A stretch of 64,000 nt of DNA, taken from positions 186,001 through 250,000 of the forward strand of contig CDPCPM010000087.1 of assembly GCA_976551045.1 (NCBI GenBank), in the 5' to 3' direction. How positions within the stretch are numbered: position 1 is the stretch's first letter; each line of letters starts with the position of its first letter. The position numbers and the translations under genes were made by a program. Below the pieces are notes generated by a model. The model ran no database searches. It was not told the DNA's origin and saw only the letters and a program-made list of their open reading frames with translations. Below are positions 12,298 to 24,957 of the stretch, piece by piece. Origin of the DNA: Glaucostegus cemiculus (Eukaryota).

Positions 12298-13032
12298 TGA
12301 CCCCTACGCCAGAGGTCCAGGTTTTGCAGGGAAATGCAGTTGTATGCAGAATTATTTATAGTTTACATGCAAGTGCCACCAAATTTGGAATTCCCACAAA
12401 TGTATGTAGGAATGCTGAAGTCCAGTGGTGGGAGTGAAGTTTGGTAAATGAAATAACAGTGTCAGCAGGGTAATGGACTGGGACACCTGGGAGAGACAAA
12501 AGGTTTCAGCAACCTTTATTTTTTTGAAAAATATTTTAAAAAATTCCATTAATTATTCCTAAGCTTTTCTTTATATGCGACGTGCTTGGCTTTTCTGAAT
12601 CCTAGTTATTCAGCACACAACAGCTGATTTTAAAAATCCACACCTGTTCACCATCAGGTACAGGGACATTCTGTAAACTGTTGAGCTAAGGGTCTGTCTA
12701 CGATCTGCATCTGGCCCCACAGCTGTTCATCTGAATGAGTTCACCAGTTTTCATTTAAAAGGCAAGGTTATTTTTTTTCCTATTTTGAGGTATCTGAGGT
12801 TTTAAATGAATAAACAGCAGTTCTGTGCATTTTAAATTAAACATCAATATTAAAATAATTTCACTTCTCTAATGTTTTTCAAACTAATTTCAAAAACCTG
12901 TTTTGGAAACAATGAGAAAGACCTCTGACGGGACAAGCTCTCAGAAGACCATTGGGAAGTCCGTGGACAGGGCACAGACAGAGCCAGGCAGCCCAGTCAC
13001 CACCCTGGCTCACTGCACCTCACAGAAGGGTC

Positions 13033-13781
13033 CATAGAACAATACAGCACAAAACAGGCCCTTCGGCCCACCATGTTGTGCCGTCCATCAAACCTCACAT
13101 GATCTAACTCTTTCCTCCCACATATTCCTCTATCCCACATTCCTCCATGTGCCTATCCAACAATCTCTTGAACCTGTCCAACGTATCTGCCTCCACCACC
13201 ACCCCAGGCAGCGCATTCCATGCACCAACCACTCTCTGGGTGAAAAACTTCCCTCTGACATCTCCCCTGAACTTCCCTTTAAGCCATGCCCTCTCGTCTT
13301 GAGCATCTGTGCCCTGGGAAAGAGGCGCTGGCTGTCAACTCTATCTACTTCTCTCAATATTTTATACACCTTTACTAAGTCCCCTCTCATCCTCCTCTCC
13401 AACGAGTAAAGCCCTAGCACCTTAAGCCTCTCCTCATATCCCATACCCTCTAATCCAGGCATCATCCTGGTAAATCGCCTCTGTACCCTCTCCAACGCCT
13501 CCACATCCTTCCTATAATGTGGCAACCAGAACTGAACACAGTACTCTAAGTGCGGTCTAACTAGAGTTTTGTAAAGCAGCATCATCACCTCTCAGCTCTT
13601 AGACTCAATCCCACGATTTATAAAAGCTAACATTCCGTAAGCCTTCTTAACTGCCCTATCCACCTGCGGGGTAACATTGAGTGAACTCTGGATATGAACC
13701 CCCAGATCCCTCTGCTCCTCTACACTGCCAAGTACCTTGCCATTTACCTTGTACTCTGCCCTGGAGTTTGTCCTACCAAAG
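13033..13781 (-). mobile_element. Young CR1 3' fragment
   Basis: ORF 13130..13588 LYKTLVRPHLEYCVQFW. Confidence 0.93.
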
Positions 13782-14691
13782 TTGCAGGAGTCACACATAG
13801 CTGCAAACAAATTTAAGGCCACCACACGGCTAACGCAGACAGTGACCAGCGTGATCCGACCCACCACAATCATGGAAAGGGTTGATACAACTGGTTGAGC
13901 CACTAGTAGGAAATTCAAAACCCTTGGATAATAATTTAGAATTGAGCAACTACTTTTGTAGTTACCTTCCAATTTTCCCAAGCCCACCAGCCATTTTGGT
14001 ATCCCTGGGGATCCAAAAGGGCACTGGGCTGATGTGTTGATGCTCATGGTATTTTGTGGACCTGCCCTCCAAGCTACAATTCCAAAATAGATCTGGTGAC
14101 AAAAGGCGAATCTGATGAGCCGCACAGCAGAAAGAAAAGGGAGACCTTGTGGGTGGGGAAGCCAGTGACCCGGATGTGGCCCAGATTGTAGCTGTGGACA
14201 TTGTGGGAGGTTGATGGTGGAGAGCACTGGGCAGGACAAATACTGATAATTATTAATAACCCATTAAACTGCACAAAAATGAAAAACTTAAACTGTCTTC
14301 TGCGTTAGCAAATGGTTGTCCAAGACTGCTTTGGGCGTACTTAAGTATGACTGACAAATTTGGCACCAAATGGCAAAGTTAGGAGGCAGTGAGCAGGGTA
14401 TAATATGTGAGGGCAAGAAAGGCGCAGTCAGCAGTGATTGTATTGAAGGGTGGAACAGATCCGTGAGATCACGGATCTGTTTGGCTCCAAATCTCTTATT
14501 TTCTTATCTATGCACTTCCAGGTACAAGTAGAGACCAAGTTCAAAGCTGTCCAGGCAGTACGAACAATTCAAAAGGCAAATTCCAATGTGGATAAAGAAT
14601 TTCAAAGTGGAGAGACTGGCATGTCAAATGACACAAACAGACAGCTGCCAGACCTTGCGACAGAGAAGAACCAACAATTGCGGCCACCCAC

Positions 14692-14827
14692 CTAGATCTG
14701 AACTCGATTTCCCAGCTGCATCCTTCTGATCATCGGCAACCGACGTACTTATGAACCGTCTGTGTCGCACAGGGCTCATCCGAGTGGCAGAGTTTGGCTG
14801 AGGAAGCAGACGTGAAGGCTGGTTCTC
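14692..14827 (-). CDS. PNPLA6: PNPLA6 exon 11 (ENQPSRLLPQPNSATRMSPVRHRRFISTSVADDQKDAAGKSSSDL)
   Basis: atggtag acceptor, G|gtgggt donor, 136 nt, phase 0-1. Aligns by eye with human [34 protein letters not shown]. Confidence 0.88.
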
Positions 14828-15784
14828 CTACCATTAAACACAGAACATGCTTCCTGTCAGTAAGTGTTAGAGAAGCCAACACCCCCACGTACACAGTACA
14901 CTGGGTCCTGGATCTGTCATGCAGTTATAAAATCAGCACAGCTATCAGTGAATTTGGTCACACCAGCTGACAATCACACTCTCATGAAATGTTTCACAGC
15001 TGGACAAATGGACCATTGCATCGGGCCTTTCTGCAGTCAGTTTGTTACCTCTGCACTGTGGCGACCTAGGGGAGGTTCATCCTTACCCCCACAGGGTCTC
15101 CTAAAGGGGGCAGTCACAGCCAAAGGTAAATGGAATTGACTGAGAGGAAAGGAAAGAGAGGAAATATGCAGATACCACCTTAAAAAACAGAAATACTCAG
15201 TGGATCAAATTGCATGAGTGGAAAGAGATACATTTGGTGTTGATGACCTTTCAGAGAGTTCCAATGAAAGACCACCAATCTGAATATTAGCCATTTCTCT
15301 CTCTTTTCATATACTGATCAACTTGAAAATTTCTGGCTTTTTGACTTATTAATTCAGATTTCCAGCATCCACAATATCTTGCCATTAAAAGAGTGAGATT
15401 TCCACTCAGGACCACCATGCCCTACTGGCTTGGCTGTCTTCCACAATTATAGATGCCAAAAAAGTGGTCTGAGCCACCTCCAGGCCCACTCATTGTCACC
15501 CACCATGACCAGTCACTGCCGTGACCCTACTTTTCATCAGTGGTTCTACACATTGTTAAGTCACAACATGTAGATTGCATTGGAATGACCGACCTCTTAC
15601 ACTCTGCACACGTGCGTTATGCACATCACTGATCCATTTTGTTCATGTTATAAAAGCCTCAAATGAACGCAACTCTCCAGTGAATACTAGTCCAAAGCAG
15701 CCCACAGACACGCCGGTATTAACCCAGCAGACAGCACAGCACACATTTGCTCCTGTCCTCTTCATCAACTGTCAGAGGCTCAGT

Positions 15785-17800
15785 AATCTACAGGAATCAG
15801 AGTTATCACTGACATGATGTGAATTTGTTGTTCTGCAGCAGCAATACAGTGCAAAGACATGAAAATCTATAAATTACAAAAGTAAATAAATAATACCAAA
15901 TAGGAAAACGAATAATGAGGTAGTGCTCATGGACTGTTCAGAAATCTGATGGCAGAGGGGAAGAAGCTGTTCCTGAATCAGAGTGTGGGTCTTCAGACTC
16001 TTCTACCCTGATGGTAGTAACAAGAAGAGGGTACGTCCCAGATGGTGAGGGTCCTTAATGATGGATGCTGCCTTCTTGAGACGCCGCCTCTAGAAGATGT
16101 CCTCGATAGTGGGGAGGATTGTAACCGTGATGGAGCTAGCTTAATCTATAACCCTCTGCAGCCTCTTGCGATCCTGTGCTCTGGAGGCTCCATACCAGGT
16201 GGTGATACAACCAGTCAGAATGCTCTCCACCGTACATCTAGAGAAATTTGTAAGAGTCTTTGGTGACGTAACGAAGTAGAGCCACTGGTGTGCCACCTTC
16301 CTGATTGCATCAATGTGTTGGGCCCAGGAATTTGAAGCTGCTCACCCTTTCCACTGCTGACCCCTCAATGAGAACTAGCGTGTGTTCTCCTGACTTCCCC
16401 TTCCTGAAGTCCACAATCAGTTCCTTGGTCTTGCTGACATCAAGTGCAAGGTTGTTGTTGTGATACCATTCAACCAGCTGATCTATCTCACTCCTGTACC
16501 TCTCATCACCAGCTGACATCCTACCAACAACAGTGGGTCATTGTCGAATTTATAAATGGTGTTTGAGCTGTGCTTAGCCACAGTCATGTGTAGAGAGCGT
16601 AGAGCAGTGGGCTAAGCACTCATCCTGGAGGTGCACCTGTTGATAGTCAGCGAGGAGATGTTATTGCCAATCCACACTGACTGTGGTCTCCTAATAAGGG
16701 GATCGAGGATCCAGTTGCAGAGGAAGGTACAGAGGCCCTGGTTTTGAAGCTTAGTTATTAGTACTGAGGAGATGGTGGTGTTGAACGCTGAGCTGGAATT
16801 GATAAACAGTAGCCTGACGTATGTCTTGCCGTTGTCTAGATGCTCCATTGTGGACAGTCAGTGAGATCATGTCTGCTGTAGACTTATTGTGGCAGTCAGC
16901 GAATTGCAGCAGGTCCAGGTCTTTGCTCAGGCAGGAGTTAATTCTAGCCATAACCAACCTCTCAAAGCACTTCGTCACAGTAGATGTGAGTGTTACCAGG
17001 CGATAGTTGTTGAGGGAGCTCACCCTGATCTTCTTGAGCACCAGAATGATTGTTGCCGTTTTGAAGCAGCTGGGAACCTCAGACTGCAGCAGTGAGAGGT
17101 TGAAGATGTCCTTGAACACTCCAGCCAGTTGGTCGGCACAGGTTTTCAGTAACCGGCCAGGTACCCCGTTGGGGCCTGACACCTTGTGAGGGTTCACCCT
17201 CTTGAAGGACGTTCAGACTTTGGCCTCCGAGACTGAGGTCACAAGATCGCTGGATGCTGAGGGGATTTGCACAGATGTTGTGTTATTCTCTCTTTCCAAG
17301 AGTGTATAAAAGGCATTGAGCCTGTCTGGGAGTGAAGCACCACTGTCATTTATGCTGTTTGGTTCCTATAAGGTGAAACCTATGAGGTGCAAACCCTGTT
17401 ACAGTTGTCACATATCCGATTGCATCTCTAGCTTCATTCGGAATTGCCTTCCATAGTTCATACTTGGACTTCTTGAAGGATTCTGGATCGCTGGTCTTGA
17501 ACGCCACTGATCTAGCCCTCAGCAGACTGTGGATCTCCTGGATTATCCAGGGCTCCTGGTTTGGGAAAACTCGGTATGGTCCAGTCCACTAACTCAAAGC
17601 AGTCCTGTAAACTGACCTCTGCCTCCCTTGACCAGACCTTTGCGGTCCTGACCACCGGTGCTGCAGTCCTCAGTCTCTGCCTACATGCTGGGAGTAGAAG
17701 TACAGCCAGGTGATTGGACTTGCCAAAGTGTGGGCACGGGATGGCACAGCAGACGTTCTTGATGGTGCAACAGTGACTGAATGTGCTGGCTCCGCTGGTT
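15785..17800 (-). mobile_element. Rex1/Babar non-LTR retrotransposon, decayed RT region and 3' UTR
   Basis: [55 protein letters not shown]. Confidence 0.92.
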
Positions 17801-18006
17801 CTGCAGGGCACAGTGTGACTGAAGCCTTCCAATCTATCCCCCCAGCGAGGCCAGCTTAGGTGAGTGGGTTACATCTGACCACCAGAGAGATGACGACTGA
17901 GGAAATTCCTACATGGATAGGGGCTCCGCAAATCCCATTACAAGAGATGCACAGTGCAGAAAACAGATTCTGTTGCAACACAACAAATTTCACGACATAC
18001 AAGTCA

Positions 18007-18216
<210 letters not shown>

Positions 18217-18321
18217 TTAATTAATAGAACGATAGGTTAAGATGTAGCTGGACAGCTGTTTGTTGTGTCTATTGATTACAGTTCTACTGAAACCTCAAAA
18301 GATAAATGAAATACTGTGGGG

Positions 18322-18785
18322 ACGGTGCAGAGGAGATTTACCAGGATGCTGCCTGGATTAGAGCATATGGAATATGAGGAGAGGTTTAAGGTGCTAGGGG
18401 GTTACTCATTGGAGAGGAGAAGGATGAAGAGAGACATGATAGGTGTATAAAATATTGAAAGGAATAGAGTAGACAGCTAGCTCCTCTTTCCCAGGGCGCC
18501 AATGCTCAAGACAAGAGGGCATTGCTTTAAGGTTATGGGTGGGAAGTTCAGGGGAGATGCCAGAGGGATGTTTTTCACCCAGAGAGTGGTTGATGCGTGG
18601 AATGTGCTGCCTGGGGTGGTGGTGGAGGCTGATACGTTGGACAGGTTCAAGAGATTGTAGGACAGGCATATGGAGGAATGTGGAATTGAGGGATATGTAG
18701 GAGGAAAGGGTTAGATAGTGTGAGGTGTGGTTTGATGGACGGCACAACATGGTGGGCCAAAGGGCCTGTATTGTTCTATGTTCTA
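18322..18785 (+). mobile_element. Young CR1 3' fragment, inverted relative to the 13.0-kb copy
   Basis: Reverse complement of about 13033-13490 with scattered mismatches. Confidence 0.92.
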
Positions 18786-19384
18786 AAAAATCCATCAATA
18801 AAGACTTTTAGATCCACTGGTCAACCTTTCACCCTTCTCTCAAACTTTCTCCTTCCATCGATGCTGCTTGAACTACTGAGCATTTCCAAAACATGTTTTA
18901 TAGGCTCACACCCCTTGTTTATCAAGTTTCTTCCTTAAAAATATTCATGAACTCTGCTTGCACTGCTCTGAGGTAGAGAGTTGCAAAGACTTGTAACTAT
19001 CAGAGAAAAACAAAATCATCTGGAGCTTAAATGAGCAACTCGTCATTCTTGACCAGTTTCCAGATATTCCCCCAGATGGAAACATTTTCTCCATATCCAC
19101 CATGTCAAGAACCAGCCACCCCCTCCCCCCCATCCAAAAAGGACCTTTTACTCTAAATTCCAGTGGACACACATCCAATCTTTCCTCACAAGGCAACTGC
19201 CTTAAGTTCCTCATCCTTTCATCCCAAAGCTTCCTTGGCTTCAAAGCTCAGAAATATTTCTTTTCTGTCACTCCTGATGCTCTTCCAATCTCTGCAACCT
19301 CCCTCAAACTCTTCTACTCCTCTGCTTCATCTTCTGTCAATGGACCCTTTACCTACCTCATCTCTACACTGTTAAAGTTATAAC

Positions 19385-19530
19385 CCCCTCCATACTACCT
19401 CAATACACTCTGTACTAACCCAATGTAACTGCACTGCACCGTGTTATGAAACGACCTGTACGATCGGTATGCAAGACAAGTTTTTCCACTGTGCCTCGGT
19501 ACAAATGACAATAAACCAATACCAATATTA
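19385..19530 (+). mobile_element. Rex1/Babar 3' UTR tail
   Basis: tgtaactgcactg...tacgatcggtatgcaagacaag...aataaaccaatacc. Confidence 0.8.
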
Positions 19531-19927
19531 CCACTCACTATCTCCTACTGCCTTCAAGGTTTGATCATCATCCCTCATTCCCTTGCCACTCTACACCTTT
19601 CTAACACCTCAACATATTAAAAATCTCATATCTGAACTGTAATAGCCAACTCAGATTAGAATAAATAATTGATTTGATGATGTATTCAGTTTGCTATATT
19701 TGAATAACTAGAATGGGCTTGGCAGTAATACAAAGTCTGGGCAGTTTAAAAGATATACATGCAGTTCTGACAAGACTATGAAACATACGATGCGTATTCT
19801 TATATAAATATCTTTCAAGCTATGCAACAATTAGCGGAAGTGTCCATGCCTTTGTGTTGTATACCTGTGGTTGTAGGGGTGGATGTCTGGAGTGAGAGAG
19901 ATATCCCAATTCAAAAAATGCTCTCAC

Positions 19928-20056
19928 CTGCACCACCCTGACCAGACTTTCAGGATACTTCTCAAAGATTGTCTGGAATGCCTCCACGGGTAAGCAAAGT
20001 ACAGTTGAGACTTCAGTAGCTCGAGCTGACACAGTTTTGTATGGTCGTTGGTGACC
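19928..20056 (-). CDS. PNPLA6: PNPLA6 exon 9 ([43 protein letters not shown])
   Basis: ttgttccag acceptor, CAG|gtgaga donor, 129 nt, phase 0-0. LPVEAF and KYPESL are PNPLA6-type. Confidence 0.97.
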
Positions 20057-20234
20057 CTGGAACAAGTAAATATTGACACCCTTACATCTGATCATCCTGT
20101 GGAAGATGAACCCCTGAAAGAACTTCCACACAAACGCCAACTGCAACTCTGGGTCAGGACACAGAACACTCACCATTTAATAATCAAAGATGTGAGCTCA
20201 TAGATTTTTAATAGGTAGCCCTGGATCCATGGTT

Positions 20235-20530
20235 ATAGAGACACACTAAACAGAAACTGGCCCCTTGGCCATTTGAGTCTGAGGAGAGTACCACGCACCC
20301 ATTTACACTAATCTCATTTTATTTTCCCAAGACTAGGGGTAACTTTTAGTGGCCAAGTGACCTACTAACCCGTGTCTTTGGGATTTGGTAGGAAACTGGA
20401 GCACCCGAGGAAAACACGCAGGGTCACAGTGAGAATGTGCAAATTCCACACAGACAGCACCCAAGGTCAGGATTGAACGTGGGTCACCGGAACCATGAAG
20501 CAGTGCTCTTCCAGCTGCAACACAGTGCCT
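20235..20530 (-). mobile_element. V-SINE
   Basis: Reverse-complement V-domain ggaaactggagcacccgagg and B-box-like caggattgaac. Confidence 0.8.
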
Positions 20531-21249
20531 CCCCAGTTGATCAGTTTCACTGGATAAAGCTGCATTTGCAGAGATAGGCTTATATGCAAAACATGGCACC
20601 CAAATACATGCAAGTATCAGAATGGTGATTTGTATAAACATTGCCAACGGTTTCCTGAAACAGCTTCCACTCATCTACACCATCACAGAACTGTGCAGAC
20701 CTGCCAATGAACACCCTTCTTTCTTTCTACTTTCTGGCACATTTCTGGTTTCTCAGTGATATTGTTATTCATTGAGACTATTCTTAACACCGGGTAGTGG
20801 AGAAGGCACTCACTTGGCATGCTTGCCTTCATAGGGCAAGGCGGTGAGTACAAGAGTTGTGATGCCAAATTGCAGCTGTACAAAGCATTGCTCAGGTTGC
20901 ACTTGAAGTGCAAGTAATCTCACGTTACAGCCATTTGTGTAACAGAAATTTGTCCTTATAGAATTCACAAATCACTACCCAAATATCCAAGATACGGAAT
21001 AAACTTCATTTGAAAAGAAGTAAATAAACACAACATTTATTCCCCCCTAATTCTCATTTCTTGATGAACGTGCAGACACAGCTTCACATTATGGAAAATT
21101 GTGAGACAGACCATTTTCTAGGAACTCAACTCCTCCAAAATGCAGAGGTCACTTGTATCGTGTACAATTCTGGTTGGCCAAAAGAAAGTGGTAGCAATAG
21201 AAATAGTGCAGGTAAGGTTGTTGTAAGTGAATCCCTCCATCCCAGACTA

Positions 21250-21660
21250 TGAGAGATTGGACAGGTTGGGTTTAATCTCACTGCAACCTAGGAGGCCGAG
21301 GGGTGACTTTATACAGGTTTATAAAAGTACGAGGGAATAGACAGGGTAGATGGTTGGTCTTTATCCTAGGGTGGGAGAGACTAAACCTGGAGGACACAGG
21401 TTTAAGGTGAGGGGAGAAATTTAAAGGAGATCTGAGGAGCAGGTTTTTCCACAGTAGGTGGTGGTTATTTGGAACAAGCTGCCAGAGGAAATGATAGAGG
21501 CAAATACAATTACAATGTTTAAAAGGTATTTTGACACGTACTTGAATCGACAAGGACTACGAGGGATATGGGCCTAATGGGATTAGCATAGATAGGCATC
21601 ATGGTTGGTATGGGTGAGTTGGGCCGAAGGGCCATTTTCTGTGCTGTACGACTCTATGAA
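21250..21660 (+). mobile_element. CR1 3' fragment
   Basis: gggccgaagggcc...ctgtgctgtacgactctatg tail. Confidence 0.8.
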
Positions 21661-21819
21661 ACAGTGTCTTGATCATTAGCTTGTGGCTCCTCACAGTCTG
21701 CCTCTACCTGGCACATTCAGCCCCAGAGATCAGACAATGTGTAGGTATAGAGGCAAAACCAAATTTCTCAGTGCTACACCCCGCCCTCCCGAACACACAC
21801 CACCCCCAAAAACACAGAA

Positions 21820-22520
21820 AAGTAGAGGTAGATGTAGCCCCTTGAACCCAGTCCACTGTTCACTGGGATCATGGCAGAACCTTTAACTCAAAGCATTTTC
21901 CACACTTGAGTCTAGTCCTTTAATATCTACAAATCCATCGATCTGCAACTTGAGTATACTCAGAGACCAAGTCTTGATGGCATTCTTGTCTGGATGAAGG
22001 AACTTCTCATCTTTATCCTGAATGACCAACCCCTTATTGCGAGAGACTGCAACACCTGGTTGTGGACATCACATACCAGCACTTACCCCATCAGGGCCTG
22101 TAAGTATGTACACTTCAATGAGATCACCTCAGATTTTTCTAAACCTCACAATCCCAGTTATCAGTCTGGTGAACCTTAAGCTGCAGTCCCTCCATCTCAA
22201 GTACATCTTACCTGAGACCAACACACAATATTCCAATGCATTAAATCGAGCCCTGGAGCACCATCACCAGGACTTCTCTAATCTTATACACGAATCTCTT
22301 ACAATAAAGGTACTGTTTACCTGCCTAATTGCTCACCGTCTTCGCATCTGCACTTTCAATGAACATTTGTGTCTTTCTAAACATCAACTAAGTTCTCACC
22401 ATTTAAAAAACTCCATCTTTCTATTTTTTCTGCAAAAGTGAATGCCCCCGCATTGTATCCCATCTGCCACGTCCTTGTCCCCACACTTATTCTGTGTACA
22501 TTCCCATGAAGCCCCTCTGC
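21820..22520 (-). mobile_element. Old CR1 fragment
   Basis: Degenerate CR1 3' motifs (acacaatattcca, catctgccac). Confidence 0.55.
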
Positions 22521-22688
22521 CACCCAGATCTGGATTAAGTTGAAGATTCCTTCTCTAAGTTACTGCAAATCAAATCTGAGCAGTCACCGATTTGAAACAC
22601 TTTGTCAGACCCCAAGATTCATTTACCAATCATGCTTGTGGGGCACATTTTAAAACACGGAAGCAAAATATCAAATGCAGTTACTTAC

Positions 22689-22769
22689 AGTAATGACATC
22701 AAGAATGCTGAGCAAACTGTGTACACTATCACCAGGGAAAACCTCCTTTACCACACATTCTTTACCTTC
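22689..22769 (-). CDS. PNPLA6: PNPLA6 exon 8 ([27 protein letters not shown])
   Basis: tttcctgtag acceptor, gtaagt donor, 81 nt, phase 0-0. GKECVVKEV is PNPLA6-type. Confidence 0.96.
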
Positions 22770-23379
22770 CTACAGGAAAATAAAAAAATTGAGTTACATT
22801 GATATAATTGTGGTGTTGATACATTTACAACTTAATTTGCAGCACGAGCTCAGTCTCCATTCTCAGTCGCACTATGATAAATACCATCATGCTGAAAAAA
22901 AACTGATCTTCAGCATGGTCTCTTCACCCCTAATATCACAATGAATAAACATTGGCACAGGGCCATATTTTCGACAAGGCCAATGGGATCAACAGGACTT
23001 GCAAGCTGGAAATTACCCAGTTTTTCGCATTTGTGAACATTTCTAAAATCACACAAAAGAAAGATCTGTGTGATAAAAGTTCCCTTTAGTTCTGTACCAA
23101 CAAATCAAGAAAGCCTTCAAAAATGAACAGTCCACATTACTGAGGTGTGTTACTGTTCATGGAGGTATATGACAGTTATGCACAGAAATGGGTGATTCTA
23201 TCCTACCTCAGTGAAAAGCACTGATCTATACCTTTGCAAATTTTGTTTTTAATGAAGGAACTCTGCTGTGGCTTAATTTCTCCTTATCTTAATCAACTTT
23301 CAATAATCCAAACTGGGGTTGTAATTCCTTAACACTATGCCTAAATCTGGTCTGATAGCACACTATCCTCCACACCCCT

Positions 23380-23525
23380 ACCTAACAACTGCACGCACCC
23401 TTTCCCCAATCCTGATGCAGAGTCTTGACTCAACGCATTGACAATTCCTTCACCCTCCCCGCCCCACCCCCACCAACAGTTGCAGCTCAACCCGCCGAGT
23501 TCCTCCAACAGTTTGCTTTTTGTCC
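23380..23525 (+). mobile_element. Penelope-like terminal fragment with degenerate hammerhead
   Basis: cctgatgcagagtcttgac...gagttcctccaacagtttg. Confidence 0.55.
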
Positions 23526-24797
23526 TTTCCCCAAATGGTCTGTTATTTCCCACAGTTTATAATTCAAACAACTTTAACATAGGAGGTACAAGTTATTTGA
23601 GAATCTTCAGATCAAACCAAATTCATTAGTGCTTTCTACCGAAGTGGAAGAAATACTTTGAACTTGATGGTGGAAAATCCTGCACAGATCTCTCCCTGGA
23701 ATTTGAATCCACAAGTTTTGCTTTTAATGTTTTACTGAAAGCTTATAACCATAAGTAGAGGGAAATATGATTAGAAGTAAAAGATGGATGGAAATTGGAA
23801 TCAAAGAACAGAAGAACCTTTGATGGAGAACATGACTCAGTGTGGCAAAATTCAGTTTCTGGAAGCTGTTTTGCATGAATTAATGGTGTCGTTTCCTGGG
23901 CAACAATCCAGGTTCTTCAGATTACAAGAATGAGCTAAACAATTCAAGCTGAGGACCAAGTGGGAAACCAAATGCCCACTCCCCATGGAAAGATGAGCAA
24001 TCACTGCTAGTCAGAGACTGAACAGTGTAGCAGACACTCAGGGACAATACCTAGGAGATCAAACACAATTTAAATGGGAGAGGAAGCAAAATACTGCCAG
24101 TCAGAAAGGAATGTGTTGTGTGGCTAAGATTCAGGAGTTTCTGACACAGCAGAGTGATCAACATGTAAAAAAAGGATCTGGGACCAAAGACAGAGAACCC
24201 TAACCTCAGCCCACAGTCACCCATTCAAAGTGAAACCACTGGTCATCAATGGCACCCCAATCTTAAGTCAAAAATCACATTGCATCCATTATATCCAGGA
24301 GCACTATTGATCCAGGATAGTGCTCCTTGATCCATCAAATTCCAACACAGCAAATGGGAAATCTTAATTCAAGTAATGAAATAAAGTATTAAAAAAAAGG
24401 CTGGTATCAGTAATGATCATGAAATTATCAGACTGTTAATAGTCTATTTCATTTACTGATGTCCTTCAGAGGAGAAAAATCTGCCATTCTTACCTGGTCT
24501 GGCCTATATGCGGCTCCACACCAATTACATGTTTAATTTTTAACTGGCCTCTGAAATGGCCCAACCAGCAATCGTTTTAGGAAGCTGCTCAGTATGGGTA
24601 ATCTATTAGTCTCACCAGGGACACCCATGTCCCGTGAAAGAATAAAACAAAAATACAAATTAACTTTATCTAGCAGCATAGGAGGCAATGTAACTGCTGG
24701 AAGATGAAGAGCAGAACCAGCTCCTTGGTGAAGGGAACATTGAAAACAATAACAGAGAGAATATTTCCCAGGCAACTAATGTGAAGGTTGAACTTAC

Positions 24798-24957
24798 AGG
24801 CCCCATCAGGCTGAGTTCCAGTTTGCCATCCTGTACCACATAGATGCTGTTGTCCGCCTGCCCCAGTTTAAAGACATATTCTCCTTGCTGAAATTGCTGG
24901 AAGACCATGTGTTTACACAGCTCCAGAAACAGAGGCTTCTCAAAATGGCCCAGAACT
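24798..24957 (-). CDS. PNPLA6: PNPLA6 exon 7, start of cNMP-binding domain 1 ([53 protein letters not shown])
   Basis: tccccacag acceptor, gtaagt donor, 160 nt, phase 2-0. Lies within ORF 24666..25013. Confidence 0.97.

Noticed and set aside
13592-14239. 215-aa ORF, the longest in the track
   Set aside because: A chance fusion of unique sequence with a CR1 ORF2 fragment; non-ATG start.
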